Below, in pieces: positions 48,403-59,310 of a DNA stretch of 64,000 nt; within the stretch, counting starts at the first letter, position 1, and each line of letters begins with the position of its first letter. The DNA comes from Ignavibacteriaceae bacterium. Lineage in GTDB: Bacteria; Bacteroidota; Ignavibacteria; Ignavibacteriales; Ignavibacteriaceae. The position numbers and the translations under genes are program-made. The stretch lies in NCBI GenBank assembly GCA_013042995.1, contig JABDPB010000012.1:25093-89092 (forward strand). Reading direction: 5' to 3'. Below the pieces are notes generated by a model. The model searched no databases. It was not told the origin of the DNA and was given only the letters and a program-made list of their open reading frames with translations.

Positions 48403-49797
48403 TTAGGCCTCCTTAAAATGAGCCAAAGGTGTTTTACCGATCGGGTACACTTCAAATCCTATTTTAAATAAATTTTGATGATCGAGAATGTTTCGTCCGT
48501 CAAAAATGAATGCTGGCTTCTCCATCTCACTATAAATCTTTTCATAATCTAAATTTTTATAAACATCCCATTCGGTCATTACCGCTATTGCGTGAGAATC
48601 CTTCGCTGCTTTGTAAGGATCCTCCTCATATTCTATATCGCTGCCATAGCTTTGTAAATCTTTTTTAGCATTTTTTAAAGCTTTCGGATCAGAAATAACA
48701 ACCTTTGCTCTTTCCTTCATTAATTTTTGAGTAACATATAATGCTGCTGTTTCGCGTGTATCGCTTGTATTGGCTTTAAATGCAAAACCAAAAAGTGCAA
48801 TTCTTTTGTTAGCTATTGTATTAAACATTGCTTTGTTCATAATATTTACAAAACGTGAGTTCTGGTATTCATTAATTTTTACAACTGATTCCCAATAATC
48901 GGCAACTTCGTATAAACCAAAAGTTTCGCACAGGTAAACAAGATTTAGTATATCCTTTTTGAAACATGAACCACCAAAACCTATGCTGGCATTCAAAAAT
49001 TTATCTCCGATCCTGGTATCCTTACCTATAGCATTTGCTACTTCTTCAACATCTGCATCTACTTTTTCGCATAAAGCAGAAATACTATTTATTGAGGAAA
49101 TTCTTTGTGCCAAGAATGAATTTGCAACAAGTTTTGATAATTCTGAACTCATCAAGTTGCTCGTAATTAGATGTTCGCGATGAATCCAGTTTGCATAAAT
49201 TTCTACAATTTCATTGCGTGCTTTTATTCCGCTTTCTGTTTCTTTTGAACCGATCAAAACTCTATCGGGATTTTCCAGATCTTTTATTGCAGTTCCCTCT
49301 GCAAGAAACTCAGGGTTAGAAACAACTTCAAAATTCAACCCTTTATCATTCAGGCTCAAAATTCTTTCCATTGCAATAGCTGTTTTAACAGGCAGAGTAC
49401 TTCTTTCGACAATAATCTTATCCGATTCAGAAGCGCGAAGTATATCTCTTGCAGTCTTTTCCCAGTATTGTAAATCTGCACTTTTACCTGCACCTTCGCC
49501 AAATGTTTTAGTTGGAGTATTTACTGATATAAAAATAATATCAGATTCTTTAATTCCTTTATCTATATCTGTAGAGAAGAAAAGATTTTTTTCTCTAGCA
49601 GATTTTACAAGCTCAAGTAGGCCTGGTTCATAAATTGGCAGATCATCCGTTTTCCACGCATCAATTTTTTCCTTAACAACATCAACAACAGTTACTTTGT
49701 ACTGCGGGCATTTATGAGCAATCATTGCCATTGTGGGACCACCAACGTATCCGGCGCCAATACACAACAAATTCTTTTCAAACTTTTTATCTGCCAT
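48403..49797 (-). CDS. ugd: UDP-glucose 6-dehydrogenase (long, eukaryote-type)
   Basis: IGAGYVGGPT, SNPEFLAEGTAIKDL, GFGGSCFKKD catalytic Cys, FGFAFKANTSDTRE. Confidence 0.92.
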   Translation of the reverse strand: MADKKFEKNLLCIGAGYVGGPTMAMIAHKCPQYKVTVVDVVKEKIDAWKTDDLPIYEPGLLELVKSAREKNLFFSTDIDKGIKESDIIFISVNTPTKTFGEGAGKSADLQYWEKTARDILRASESDKIIVERSTLPVKTAIAMERILSLNDKGLNFEVVSNPEFLAEGTAIKDLENPDRVLIGSKETESGIKARNEIVEIYANWIHREHLITSNLMSSELSKLVANSFLAQRISSINSISALCEKVDADVEEVANAIGKDTRIGDKFLNASIGFGGSCFKKDILNLVYLCETFGLYEVADYWESVVKINEYQNSRFVNIMNKAMFNTIANKRIALFGFAFKANTSDTRETAALYVTQKLMKERAKVVISDPKALKNAKKDLQSYGSDIEYEEDPYKAAKDSHAIAVMTEWDVYKNLDYEKIYSEMEKPAFIFDGRNILDHQNLFKIGFEVYPIGKTPLAHFKEA

Positions 49798-49884
49798 TTT
49801 ATAAATCTCCGTTAATACTTCTGCTTTTGTTAATAAAAAATATTGAGAAGAGCAATAACAAATGTAAACATTAGATTTGAATAC

Positions 49885-49914
49885 TAAAAAAGCCGGATGT
49901 ATTACCCGGCTTTT
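49885..49914 (-). terminator. Rho-independent terminator after the DUF1579 gene
   Basis: Minus strand reads AAAGCCGGG-TAATACAT-CCGGCTTTTTT. Confidence 0.8.
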
Positions 49915-49938
49915 ATTTGAAATATATAGAAATAAAGA

Positions 49939-50520
49939 TTATTGTCTAATCATTTCCACTTCCATTGATTTGAATTCCTCACCATCAAAATCCATATACA
50001 TTTCAACAATTTGACGATCGTCATCAATTTTTATATACACTTGTTTGAATGTCATCTCTCTTTCTGTCATTGGGTCAACCATAAAGCCGTTCATGATAAT
50101 TGAATTACTATCTTCATCATATTTCCCTTTTGCAACTGCAGTACCTGTACCCATATTATCAATCCAGACAGATGTAAATTCTTGAGTTGCGTTATCATAG
50201 CCCAAAAGGTTAATTCCTTCCATCGGCATTCCCATCACTTCGCTGCTATGAGAAGATTTCTGATATCTGCCACCCAATATCATTTCAAATGTTGCAGATC
50301 CTTCTGATTGCATTGGTTCGTCAGAAGATGGATCCATCCACCATTTTGAAACAGTCTTCCACTCACCAACTGAATTTGCCAACATTTCGTGTGTGGACCC
50401 TGGCGTCATGTATTCCATCCACTTATTCATCTGTTCATTTTGGCTCATTTCATCTTGAGCTAAAGTGAGACTGGAGAATAGTAAAGCTGCAAAGTATATG
50501 ATAAAAAAGTATTTTAGCAT
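49939..50520 (-). CDS. DUF1579 domain-containing exported protein
   Basis: Signal peptide; GEWK...ILGGRY...GYDNATQEF...WIDNMGTG pattern recalled for DUF1579. Confidence 0.6.
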   Translation of the reverse strand: MLKYFFIIYFAALLFSSLTLAQDEMSQNEQMNKWMEYMTPGSTHEMLANSVGEWKTVSKWWMDPSSDEPMQSEGSATFEMILGGRYQKSSHSSEVMGMPMEGINLLGYDNATQEFTSVWIDNMGTGTAVAKGKYDEDSNSIIMNGFMVDPMTEREMTFKQVYIKIDDDRQIVEMYMDFDGEEFKSMEVEMIRQ

Positions 50521-50645
50521 TTAACCTCCCAGATTTTTTGTAATACTTGAATACTAATAATAATATATGAAATATATAATGAAAATTAATTAACTAGAAA
50601 TTGATATTATACTATTTAATACATTTTCATTCCTGAAATCAAATC

Positions 50646-51959
50646 CTAAAATGCAAAATTAACCCTCAATCCCAACAAGGAATACTTATTATTAATTCCA
50701 CCAGTATCCCAAATATGCTGAAAGTGAGCTGAAATGCTTATCCAATTATTAATTTGTTGCTTGATATAAAGTTCGGTCAATTTTTCATTTAACTGTTGAG
50801 CATCGAATGGTTTAGTGGAATTAAAAGCGATTCCAATTACAGAGGGCTCACTAAAAATATTCTCTTTAAACTGAGAACCGAAGCTCCAGGAATTTTTAAT
50901 GCTAAACCATTCTGCAAGAGTATTTTCATTATTTCCAAATCTTCCGAAAACAGTAAACCTGGCTGCTATTGTCTGACTCATACTAATACCAAAACCATAT
51001 CTGTTGTTGGCAAAGGGATGAGTATAACCATAAAGATGAAATTCCGCTTCATAATCAGAAAACGAAAATAGCTTAAAACCAAATCCACCAATTTTATAAA
51101 TATCACTAAAAATATTGTTACCCTCGTTCTCCGCTTTAGACATTGAGAACTGGATGTAAAATCTTTCAAGAATTGTAGTGCGAATTCTTAAACCGGGAGA
51201 ATTAGCAGGAACCGCAAAAGCTGTATTATTAATAAACGCACCAGATATAAATTGTGAGTTTTCATCATTAGCAATTGCGTTATTATCGAAATAGTTTGTT
51301 AAATCTATTTTACCGACGGTTACTGTAAATATATTATCTAAAAAAAGAAACTCCGTCCAAGCTTCATTGACAACGATTCTGTCAAAACCATCTCTGCTTT
51401 GTGTTGAACCAGCATCTCCGTTCAGAGAGGATATGGTCTCAGCAAAATCATCGGGTCCATTTCCTCCAATTGCTTCGAGATCAACAAATAAAATAATGTT
51501 GTTCTCAAAACTTGTAGTTGCAAAGAGATTTACAGAACCATTAGCCGTTGAAAATTTATCTTCCTTTTGCAGATTTCCTTGAATAATTGCATTGGCCTGA
51601 CCATTAAAAAATAATTGTCCCGGACGGCTGGATATATAATTTAATAAGGCATCCAATTGCTTTCTCCTTGACCTTTGATCTTCGGGAATTAAAGAGGTAT
51701 CTATTTTAGTTTCGAGAGTTATCAATAGCGAATCAACCGGATCGGCCTCGGTATGTTTTGAATTTATTCGATTAACTTTGTTGTTAAGTGAATCAATGAC
51801 GTTTTTTAGCGAATCAATTTCTTTGTTGATAGTATTAAGTTTATTGGCAGTTAATGAATCTATTGATTGGCAAAAAGTGCTATCAACGATAATAAAAAGA
51901 CAGAACAATATTGTACAGTAAATTAAAGCCATTAACATAAAGGTATTTGTTGTTGGCAA
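50646..51959 (-). CDS. Porin-like outer-membrane protein (OprB/carbohydrate-porin-like) with an N-terminal coiled coil
   Basis: N-terminal heptad region (IDSLKNVIDSLNNKVNRIN), GKIDLTNYFDNNAIANDENSQFISGAFINN, terminal ...LGLRVNFAF. Confidence 0.5.
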   Translation of the reverse strand: MPTTNTFMLMALIYCTILFCLFIIVDSTFCQSIDSLTANKLNTINKEIDSLKNVIDSLNNKVNRINSKHTEADPVDSLLITLETKIDTSLIPEDQRSRRKQLDALLNYISSRPGQLFFNGQANAIIQGNLQKEDKFSTANGSVNLFATTSFENNIILFVDLEAIGGNGPDDFAETISSLNGDAGSTQSRDGFDRIVVNEAWTEFLFLDNIFTVTVGKIDLTNYFDNNAIANDENSQFISGAFINNTAFAVPANSPGLRIRTTILERFYIQFSMSKAENEGNNIFSDIYKIGGFGFKLFSFSDYEAEFHLYGYTHPFANNRYGFGISMSQTIAARFTVFGRFGNNENTLAEWFSIKNSWSFGSQFKENIFSEPSVIGIAFNSTKPFDAQQLNEKLTELYIKQQINNWISISAHFQHIWDTGGINNKYSLLGLRVNFAF

Positions 51960-51971
51960 TTTATAAATTAC

Positions 51972-52430
51972 TTAATTAAAAAAATATCTTGCACCAATTG
52001 CAGCATTAATCTTAAAATCGGTTTTTGGGGCAAGATCTAAAATAGGAACAACTTCTAAAAATATGTCTAAAGGAGCACTATTAAAAATATAAGCTAACCC
52101 AAGCGGTACTCTTACACCAATTCGGGACTTATTAGCAGTTTTAATTCTGCCCCCAATACCGTAGTAAAACGGTACCTTTGCATCGGAGATTCTAATTAGA
52201 TTAAAGTTGTGAAAAATGTAATCGACATGAATGTGAAATGCCCCTTCATCAACAAATGACCATGCTAAAGCAGCATCAAAAGCTGTGGTGCTGCTCGTCC
52301 AGTATTTAAGGCTAACCCCCGTTGGTTCCCCGACAATTATTCCAACGCCAACCTTTTTATTTTGAGCAAAAGTTGAAACAGAAACTAATGCAACTATAAA
52401 TAACGCAACTAATAATGATATTTTTTTCAA
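51972..52430 (-). CDS. Small outer-membrane beta-barrel protein (hypothetical)
   Basis: Signal peptide; 8-strand-sized protein; terminal ...GARYFFN. Confidence 0.5.
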   Translation of the reverse strand: MKKISLLVALFIVALVSVSTFAQNKKVGVGIIVGEPTGVSLKYWTSSTTAFDAALAWSFVDEGAFHIHVDYIFHNFNLIRISDAKVPFYYGIGGRIKTANKSRIGVRVPLGLAYIFNSAPLDIFLEVVPILDLAPKTDFKINAAIGARYFFN

Positions 52431-52507
52431 TTATGTCTCCTTAATATTCAGAATTAATGTAATTATTGGAAGGCAAAGTTATTAATAGATGGTAAAAATA
52501 AAAAACC

Positions 52508-53179
52508 TTAGTTTTTTGCCCCCGCCTGTCTTAAGATTTTTACTATTTCATCGTTGCCTTCCAGTTTTGCAAGAAACGTTGGAGTTGAACCTTCAGCAGT
52601 TGCTTTGTTAATATTCGCTTCATGAGTAATAAGATATTTTACAAGCTCAGCGTCTCCCTCCATAGCTGCATAGTGAATTGCTGACCAACCTGCTGCATGA
52701 TTCCCAGTGAGAGTTGCATTTATGTCTGCACCGTTTTCAAGTAGTAAATTGCACATGGCAATTGGTATTTTTCCTGATAGCACTCCAAAAATAGACTGAA
52801 TAAATGGTGTCATTCCATCATTTGATTGCGCATTTACATCAGCACCTTGTGCTACTAATAATTTAGCACTTTCAAGTGAGTTGCTTGCAGCCCAGATTAG
52901 TGGGGTTTTGCCGTTTTTGTCACTTGCATTTACATCTGCGCCATTTAAAATTAAATATTCCACGATATCATCGTAACCAAAATAACTGCTTGCAAGCATT
53001 AATACTGTTGAGCCTGTAGAAAGCTGTTTAACATCAATATCTATTCCCTGGATTAATAAATTTTGGATTCCTTCTGTATTCTTCTCAATTACTTTATCCG
53101 CTATTAACTCAAATTGCTGCGAGAAAGCAAATGGCGAAAAGAATACACCAATACATACTAGATTTATAATTTTTTTCAT
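52508..53179 (-). CDS. Secreted ankyrin-repeat protein
   Basis: Signal peptide plus about 4-5 ANK repeats (G.T.L..A......VE.L...GADVNA). Confidence 0.8.
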   Translation of the reverse strand: MKKIINLVCIGVFFSPFAFSQQFELIADKVIEKNTEGIQNLLIQGIDIDVKQLSTGSTVLMLASSYFGYDDIVEYLILNGADVNASDKNGKTPLIWAASNSLESAKLLVAQGADVNAQSNDGMTPFIQSIFGVLSGKIPIAMCNLLLENGADINATLTGNHAAGWSAIHYAAMEGDAELVKYLITHEANINKATAEGSTPTFLAKLEGNDEIVKILRQAGAKN

Positions 53180-53342
53180 AATAATTCCAAACTTAAAGTT
53201 TCACTTTTCATCAAAACTAACTGATTGAAAAAAAAGAATCAACCAAATTACGATATTAGAGTATATTTCAAGTTGCATATTGTATTCTCATAAAATAATG
53301 CCATATTTGTGCCTCATTTTTAAAAGAATATTACGTTAACAA

Positions 53343-55148
53343 TTGAACCAAATTAGAAACATAGCAATAATCGCACATGTAGATCACGGTAAAACTACGT
53401 TAGTAGATCAACTTCTCAAACAGAGTAAAGTTTTCAGGCAAAACCAAACTGTTCAGGAAAGATTTCTAGATTCTAATGATCTTGAAAGGGAAAGGGGAAT
53501 TACGATTCTCTCAAAAAATATAAGCATTCCTTACAACGGTTTTAAGATTAATATTATTGATACACCAGGACATGCTGATTTTGGTGGCGAAGTTGAGAGA
53601 GTTCTTAAAATGGCTGATGGTGTTTTACTTCTTGTTGATTCGTTTGAAGGACCAATGCCACAAACAAGGTTCGTGCTCGAAAAAGCTCTTCATCTTCACT
53701 TAAAACCCATTGTAATAATTAATAAAATTGATAGACCGGATAACAGACCCGCAGAAGTTTTGGATGAAATTTACGATTTGTTTATTGATCTAAATGCTGA
53801 TGAAACCCAGCTTGAGTTTCCCGTAATTTATGCAAGCGGCAGGGATGGCTGGGCTGTAAATGATATGAAAGGTGAAAGAAAAGATTTGGTTCCACTACTT
53901 GATACTATTATACAAAAAATTCCTGCTCCAATAGTTGAAGAAGGTTCAACTCAAATGCAGGTTACTACACTTGATTACAATGACTATGTTGGAAGGATCG
54001 GCATCGGAAGAGTTTTTCGAGATACTCTAAATAAAAATGCATCTTTGAGTATTATTAAGAGAGATGGAAAAGTACACCCAATTAGTATTAAGCAGGTTTT
54101 TATCTTTAAAGGACTTGAACGTACAGAGGTTGAGGAAGTAGCTCACGGTGATATTTGTGCACTCGTTGGTGTTGAAGATATTGATATTGGAGATACGATT
54201 GCAGATAGTGATAATCCGGAACCGCTGCCAATAATTTCAATTGATGAACCAACCATCAGCTTAAATTTTACCGTTAACACTTCACCTTTTTATGGCAAAG
54301 AAGGAAAATACGTTACTTCACGCCATCTTAGGGACAGACTATATGAAGAACTTCAGCATAATGTTGCGATGCGTATTGAAGAAACCGGATCACCGGATAC
54401 TTACAAAGTTTCCGGAAGAGGAATATTGCATCTTTCAATTTTTATGGAAAATATGAGACGCGAAGGTTATGAGTTTGCAGTTGGTCCTCCAAAGGTAATA
54501 TATAAGGAAATTCAGAGTAAAAAAGCTGAACCTATTGAACTACTTGTTGTCGATGTTCCAAATGATTATACCGGAAAGGTCATTGAACTTGTTGGACAAA
54601 GAAAAGGTGAGATGGTAAAAATGGAACAAAAGGGAAGTCTAACTACGCTTGAATTTCACATTCCTTCACGTGGAATAATGGGACTAAGAAATAGAATTTT
54701 AACCGTTACTTCAGGTGAAGGAATTATGCATCATCGCTTTTATCAATATGAATACTTTAAAGGCTCGATAGTGCAGCGCCAAAACGGTGTGTTGGTCTCT
54801 ATGCACGATGGTGCTTCAACTGCTTATGCAATTGATTCTCTGCAGGATAGAGGTAAGTTTTTTATTGAACCCGGAGATATCGTTTATCGCGGACAGATTG
54901 TTGGTGAGTACAATAAAGATAACGACATTGAAGTTCATGTGCAGCGTGGGAAAAAGTTAACAAATATGAGAGCTTCCGGCGCAGATAAAGCAATTCAAAT
55001 TGCACCGGCTTTCAATTTTACCCTGGAAGAAGCACTTGAGTACATAAAAGATGATGAGCTCGTTGAAATTACCCCCAAATCAATCAGGATGAGAAAGCTT
55101 TATCTCGATCCGAATGAACGGAAAAGACAGAACTCAAAGAAATTATAA
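53343..55148 (+). CDS. typA: Translational GTPase TypA/BipA
   Basis: [36 protein letters not shown]; ~600 aa. TTG start. Confidence 0.95.
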   Translation: MNQIRNIAIIAHVDHGKTTLVDQLLKQSKVFRQNQTVQERFLDSNDLERERGITILSKNISIPYNGFKINIIDTPGHADFGGEVERVLKMADGVLLLVDSFEGPMPQTRFVLEKALHLHLKPIVIINKIDRPDNRPAEVLDEIYDLFIDLNADETQLEFPVIYASGRDGWAVNDMKGERKDLVPLLDTIIQKIPAPIVEEGSTQMQVTTLDYNDYVGRIGIGRVFRDTLNKNASLSIIKRDGKVHPISIKQVFIFKGLERTEVEEVAHGDICALVGVEDIDIGDTIADSDNPEPLPIISIDEPTISLNFTVNTSPFYGKEGKYVTSRHLRDRLYEELQHNVAMRIEETGSPDTYKVSGRGILHLSIFMENMRREGYEFAVGPPKVIYKEIQSKKAEPIELLVVDVPNDYTGKVIELVGQRKGEMVKMEQKGSLTTLEFHIPSRGIMGLRNRILTVTSGEGIMHHRFYQYEYFKGSIVQRQNGVLVSMHDGASTAYAIDSLQDRGKFFIEPGDIVYRGQIVGEYNKDNDIEVHVQRGKKLTNMRASGADKAIQIAPAFNFTLEEALEYIKDDELVEITPKSIRMRKLYLDPNERKRQNSKKL

Positions 55149-55196
55149 CTTTTACTTCCGATAAAATTTCAAATATTGTCTTTCATTAAACTTCTT

Positions 55197-58100
55197 TTAA
55201 TTATTTCTCCTCCACTCGGGAAATCTTCCTGGTGTGTATGGAGCACCTGATTTTTCTAATTCATCTTCAACTTGTTTTATATCATCATCAATTAATTTTA
55301 ATGAATTTAAAATTTCACCAAATTTACCTGCAGCATCATCATAAGATTTAATAAATGTAGTAGTTGGTGCTGCAGTTGTACTCCATAGAGCACCTGTTAT
55401 TAAATTTACTCTATCTTTCACGGAAGATGGTACCGCGCCTTCATACCTTCTGCGCAAGTTATCGCCGTTAAGTTTTTTGTTTAGTTCTTTTATATCTAGC
55501 TCAATTGCTAAAATGTTTTCAAATACATTTGCTTCAACGTTTGCACCATCCATTATAGCTTTTTTGAGATATGCTAACTTATCCACTAATTCTTTTCTGT
55601 ATGCATCAGCTCCAGTAACAGCTCTTGTCAGCTCCGCAACTTTTTTGTTAAATGCATCTAAAGCAGATTTATCTTCTGAAGGCAGAGTAGTGTTGTTTAA
55701 GGTTAAACAGTTGAATTCCTTAGCCTGCACAAGTTCGGTGAATGTTCCGTCTTTAAATTTTGAAAGAGAGACAAAATATTTTCCTGGTACAACCATATAC
55801 CCTTTGTCGGCTTCAACCCAGGGTACTGAATCATCGAATGGCTCAAGGGAGATGGGTGTAAAAGATGTGTAACGGAAATCCCAAACTATTCTATTAACTC
55901 CTTTTTTCCCTTCGGTTTTTAGCTTGCGGATTACGTTTCCCTGCTCATCCGTGACTGTAAATAGCAAATATGCGTCCTGTTCATTCATTTCACTTTCTAG
56001 TCTATCGTAGCTTGGATATTTAATATCATCACCACTTTTCTGCTTTTCTTTTTCTTCTTCGCGTCTAATTTCTTTTAATGTTTTGAAGCCTTCTTTTAAA
56101 TAGTATGTAAAAACTGCACCCACTTCAGGATTTGGAGCTGAATAAAAACTTGCACCCTGAAATGCTGTTCCCTTAAAACCAAAAGGATGAGATTCGATAA
56201 ACATTAGAGCATCTTTTATCGGAAAGATTTCTGCTTCTTTCTTTAATGTTTCTTCATTTAAATAACGAAGGGGAGTATAATCATCTAGAATATAAACTCC
56301 TCTTCCAAATGTGGACACAACAAGATCATTTTCTCTCTGCTGAATTTCTAAATCCATTACTGAATGCGCGGGCATTCCGCTTTTTAAAGGAAGCCATTCA
56401 TCACCTCCATTATTTGTAAAGTATACTCCAAATTGCGTTCCAATAAAAAGTAAATTTTTATCAACGTGATCTTCCTGAATTGAATACGTGCTTCCTTTTT
56501 CGGGTAAATTGCTGTTGATTGAAAACCATGTTGTACCGCCGTTTGTTGTTTTATAAAGATAAGGTCTGTAATCTCCACCCACAAAATTATGGCATACAGC
56601 GTAGGCAACGAGCTTGTCGAAATTAGATGCGATTAAGTGATGAATTCTTGCATATTCGGGCAAGCCAGGAGTTGAACCTCTGCTCCAATTTGTTCCACCA
56701 TCGGTTGTAAAATGAATTAAGCCATCACCCGAACCCACTAATAAAACATTCTTGTCGAGCGGTGATTCTGCTATAGTTACAATCTGTGCCATTGAACCTT
56801 TGCGGGCAAGTTGATCTATGCTCCAACTTTGTCCCATTAGCCTCTGCATTTCTTTTGGAACCCCGCGTGTTAAATCAGGACTAATTTCAATCCAAGTGCT
56901 GCCCATATCGTCACTCTTTAAAAGTTTGTTCCCACCGAAGTATAATCTTTTATTATCGTGTTTTGATAGTAGAAATCCTGCATCCCAATCAAAACGGTAA
57001 GCAGTATCTGCAAAATCCTGCGGCTGAATAAAAAGATTTTCCCCACTTCTTTTATCAAAACGAACAAGTCCACCAAACTGCGATTGGGAATAAATGATAT
57101 TTGGATCAGTCCAATCGACCTGTGTTTCAAACCCATCCCCCGAATTTGTAAATAGCCAATCCTGGTTTAATATCCCTGCAGAACTTATTGTACGCGAAGG
57201 ACCGCCAAGACTGTTATTATCCTGCGTTCCGATGTAGACATTGTAAAAAGGTTCATCGTTATCAGTTGTTACTTTATAGATTTCTGTGATAGGAATGTTA
57301 GCTTTAAAATCCCAGTGTTTTGCCATATCGTAAGTTTCATAAACTCCGCCGTCGCATCCGGCAATCAGATGATTATTATCATTCGGATCAATCCACAGTG
57401 CATGGTTATCAACGTGCTTTAAATTATCTCCAAGATTACTCCATGTTTTTCCTCCATCTTTTGTAACCTGAATAAAAACATCATCGCTGTAAACACGGTT
57501 AACATCTTTTGTATCACAGTAGAGCTTTTGAAAATAAAAAGCATAAGATGAAATGTAACTATTCTGCTTAGTCCAGCTTGCACCACGATCTGTGCTCCTA
57601 TAAATTCCTTTATCATCGGTAGTTGCTTCAACAATTGCATAAAGATAATCCGGATTAACTGGAGAGATTGCCATTCCAATTCTTCCAACATCTTCCGATG
57701 GCAAACCGCTTTTAAGTTTTTCCCAGTTTTCACCGCCATCAAGTGTTCTGTAAATTCCACTTTCAGGTCCTCCGTAAACTCCTGTATATAAATTTCTCAT
57801 CCTTTGATGTGCAGTAGCATATAAAATATTTGAGTAGCGCGGATCCATGTGAACTTCGTAACAGCCTGTATATTCACTTATCTCTAGAACCTGCTCCCAG
57901 GTTTTTCCGCCGTCAGTTGTTTTGAAAATTCCCCTATCACCTCCAGATTTTCTGGATGAACCATAAGCTGCAATGTAAACTATGTTCGAATTGTTGTAAT
58001 CAATTGCAATTCCACCTATGTGATCGGAAGCGCTGATACCCATATTCTTCCAGCTTTTCCCACCGTCCTCACTTTTGTAAATACCATCACCGTAAATAAC

Positions 58101-58460
58101 ATTATTCTGATTTTTATTCTCACCTGTTCCAACCCAAACTACATTAGGATTTGTAGGATCTATTTCAACTGAACCTATGGCATAGGATTTATTTCCATCA
58201 AATACAGGAGAAAAAGTTATACCACGGTTTGTGGTTTTCCACAATGAACCATGCCCCGATGCAACAAAATATTCACTGTGATTAAATGGATTAACAGCTA
58301 TATCTATTGTTCTTCCACCCGTAATGGCAGGACCAATACTTCTGAATGATAATCCCGAAAGTGAAATATTTTTTAGTGAATCAGGATCTGAATTATTTTG
58401 TGCACTTGCAATTATGGTGAAGATTAAAAGTAAAATGAAGGTTATGGTGAACTTTTTCAT
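55197..58460 (-). CDS. Sortilin/VPS10-like BNR-repeat (Asp-box) beta-propeller protein
   Basis: 1087 aa with a signal peptide and many S-x-D-x-G-x-T/S-W Asp boxes (SEDGGKSW, TTDGGKTW, TLDGGENW, STDRGASW, TKDGGKTW, SDDMGSTW, TTDGGTNW, TTNGGTTW). Confidence 0.8.
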   Translation of the reverse strand: MKKFTITFILLLIFTIIASAQNNSDPDSLKNISLSGLSFRSIGPAITGGRTIDIAVNPFNHSEYFVASGHGSLWKTTNRGITFSPVFDGNKSYAIGSVEIDPTNPNVVWVGTGENKNQNNVIYGDGIYKSEDGGKSWKNMGISASDHIGGIAIDYNNSNIVYIAAYGSSRKSGGDRGIFKTTDGGKTWEQVLEISEYTGCYEVHMDPRYSNILYATAHQRMRNLYTGVYGGPESGIYRTLDGGENWEKLKSGLPSEDVGRIGMAISPVNPDYLYAIVEATTDDKGIYRSTDRGASWTKQNSYISSYAFYFQKLYCDTKDVNRVYSDDVFIQVTKDGGKTWSNLGDNLKHVDNHALWIDPNDNNHLIAGCDGGVYETYDMAKHWDFKANIPITEIYKVTTDNDEPFYNVYIGTQDNNSLGGPSRTISSAGILNQDWLFTNSGDGFETQVDWTDPNIIYSQSQFGGLVRFDKRSGENLFIQPQDFADTAYRFDWDAGFLLSKHDNKRLYFGGNKLLKSDDMGSTWIEISPDLTRGVPKEMQRLMGQSWSIDQLARKGSMAQIVTIAESPLDKNVLLVGSGDGLIHFTTDGGTNWSRGSTPGLPEYARIHHLIASNFDKLVAYAVCHNFVGGDYRPYLYKTTNGGTTWFSINSNLPEKGSTYSIQEDHVDKNLLFIGTQFGVYFTNNGGDEWLPLKSGMPAHSVMDLEIQQRENDLVVSTFGRGVYILDDYTPLRYLNEETLKKEAEIFPIKDALMFIESHPFGFKGTAFQGASFYSAPNPEVGAVFTYYLKEGFKTLKEIRREEEKEKQKSGDDIKYPSYDRLESEMNEQDAYLLFTVTDEQGNVIRKLKTEGKKGVNRIVWDFRYTSFTPISLEPFDDSVPWVEADKGYMVVPGKYFVSLSKFKDGTFTELVQAKEFNCLTLNNTTLPSEDKSALDAFNKKVAELTRAVTGADAYRKELVDKLAYLKKAIMDGANVEANVFENILAIELDIKELNKKLNGDNLRRRYEGAVPSSVKDRVNLITGALWSTTAAPTTTFIKSYDDAAGKFGEILNSLKLIDDDIKQVEDELEKSGAPYTPGRFPEWRRNN

Positions 58461-58601
58461 AGTGGAACTCTTTGGTTTATTTAAGGAATGGATTCTTGAG
58501 TAGTTTTGATAATCATTTGATAAACTGGAATAAAAACTACAACAAATTACATCATAGTTTTTATTAATTCCAAGATTTTTTGATCAACGGTGGGCTATTT
58601 A

Positions 58602-59171
58602 TTACTTAAATCTGTCACGCCACTTTAGAACTTCCGCTGGCATAATTTTACCAGTTTCTTCACTAAAATTGAAATTACCATCCGGCCAGATTTTGTTATA
58701 CATATCGGGGGAGTTACTTTGCAACCAATTCGCAAATGCTGCAACACTATCTGCATATGCCTTAAACTCAGTTGGAGGTTTAGTTGATGTTATCAAATGA
58801 ATTAAACCGTTCTTCACGACAAATCTTGGAAAATGATGAAGTTCCGGAACACCTAGTGCAGAAATAACATTATTAGTTTCTAATAAATGAAAATCAACAG
58901 TATCTCCATTAACATAAATATTCGTATGAATTAATTTAGTATTGGCACCTTTATCAAATTCTAATGGTGCAATCGCTTCTTCTTTTCCTTTAAATGTTAA
59001 TGGACCAAAATACCAGACTATACTATCCGCATACATATCTTTAACTTTTTCTATATTGTGTTCATTAGCCGCTTTGATGTAACTATCTAAAACCTTTTCA
59101 GGATCCGAAGGTGGATTCGCACAGCCCAACAGAAAAACAATAATTATAAATACTTTAAATCGATACTTCAT
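58602..59171 (-). CDS. Lipoprotein, NTF2/SnoaL-like (hypothetical)
   Basis: Lipobox LLGC; YIKAANEHNIEKVKDMYADSIVW is typical of SnoaL-like folds. Confidence 0.45.
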   Translation of the reverse strand: MKYRFKVFIIIVFLLGCANPPSDPEKVLDSYIKAANEHNIEKVKDMYADSIVWYFGPLTFKGKEEAIAPLEFDKGANTKLIHTNIYVNGDTVDFHLLETNNVISALGVPELHHFPRFVVKNGLIHLITSTKPPTEFKAYADSVAAFANWLQSNSPDMYNKIWPDGNFNFSEETGKIMPAEVLKWRDRFK

Positions 59172-59272
59172 TTTATACTCTTCAAATTTTTTATAATAGT
59201 ATAAATTTTCAAATTATTAGGATGAGAATCAATTAAAATCTTGTACGAAAGGAGGTTGAAGTGACATATCAA

Positions 59273-59310
59273 ATTCCGGAACGATCCCGCAAATCGGGAT
59301 CGTCCGGAAT
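59273..59310. repeat. GC-rich 16-bp imperfect inverted repeat (hairpin), possibly a terminator for the COG2403 gene
   Basis: ATTCCGG(A)ACGATCCCG - CAAAT - CGGGATCGTCCGGAAT. No clear U-tract on either strand. Confidence 0.5.
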
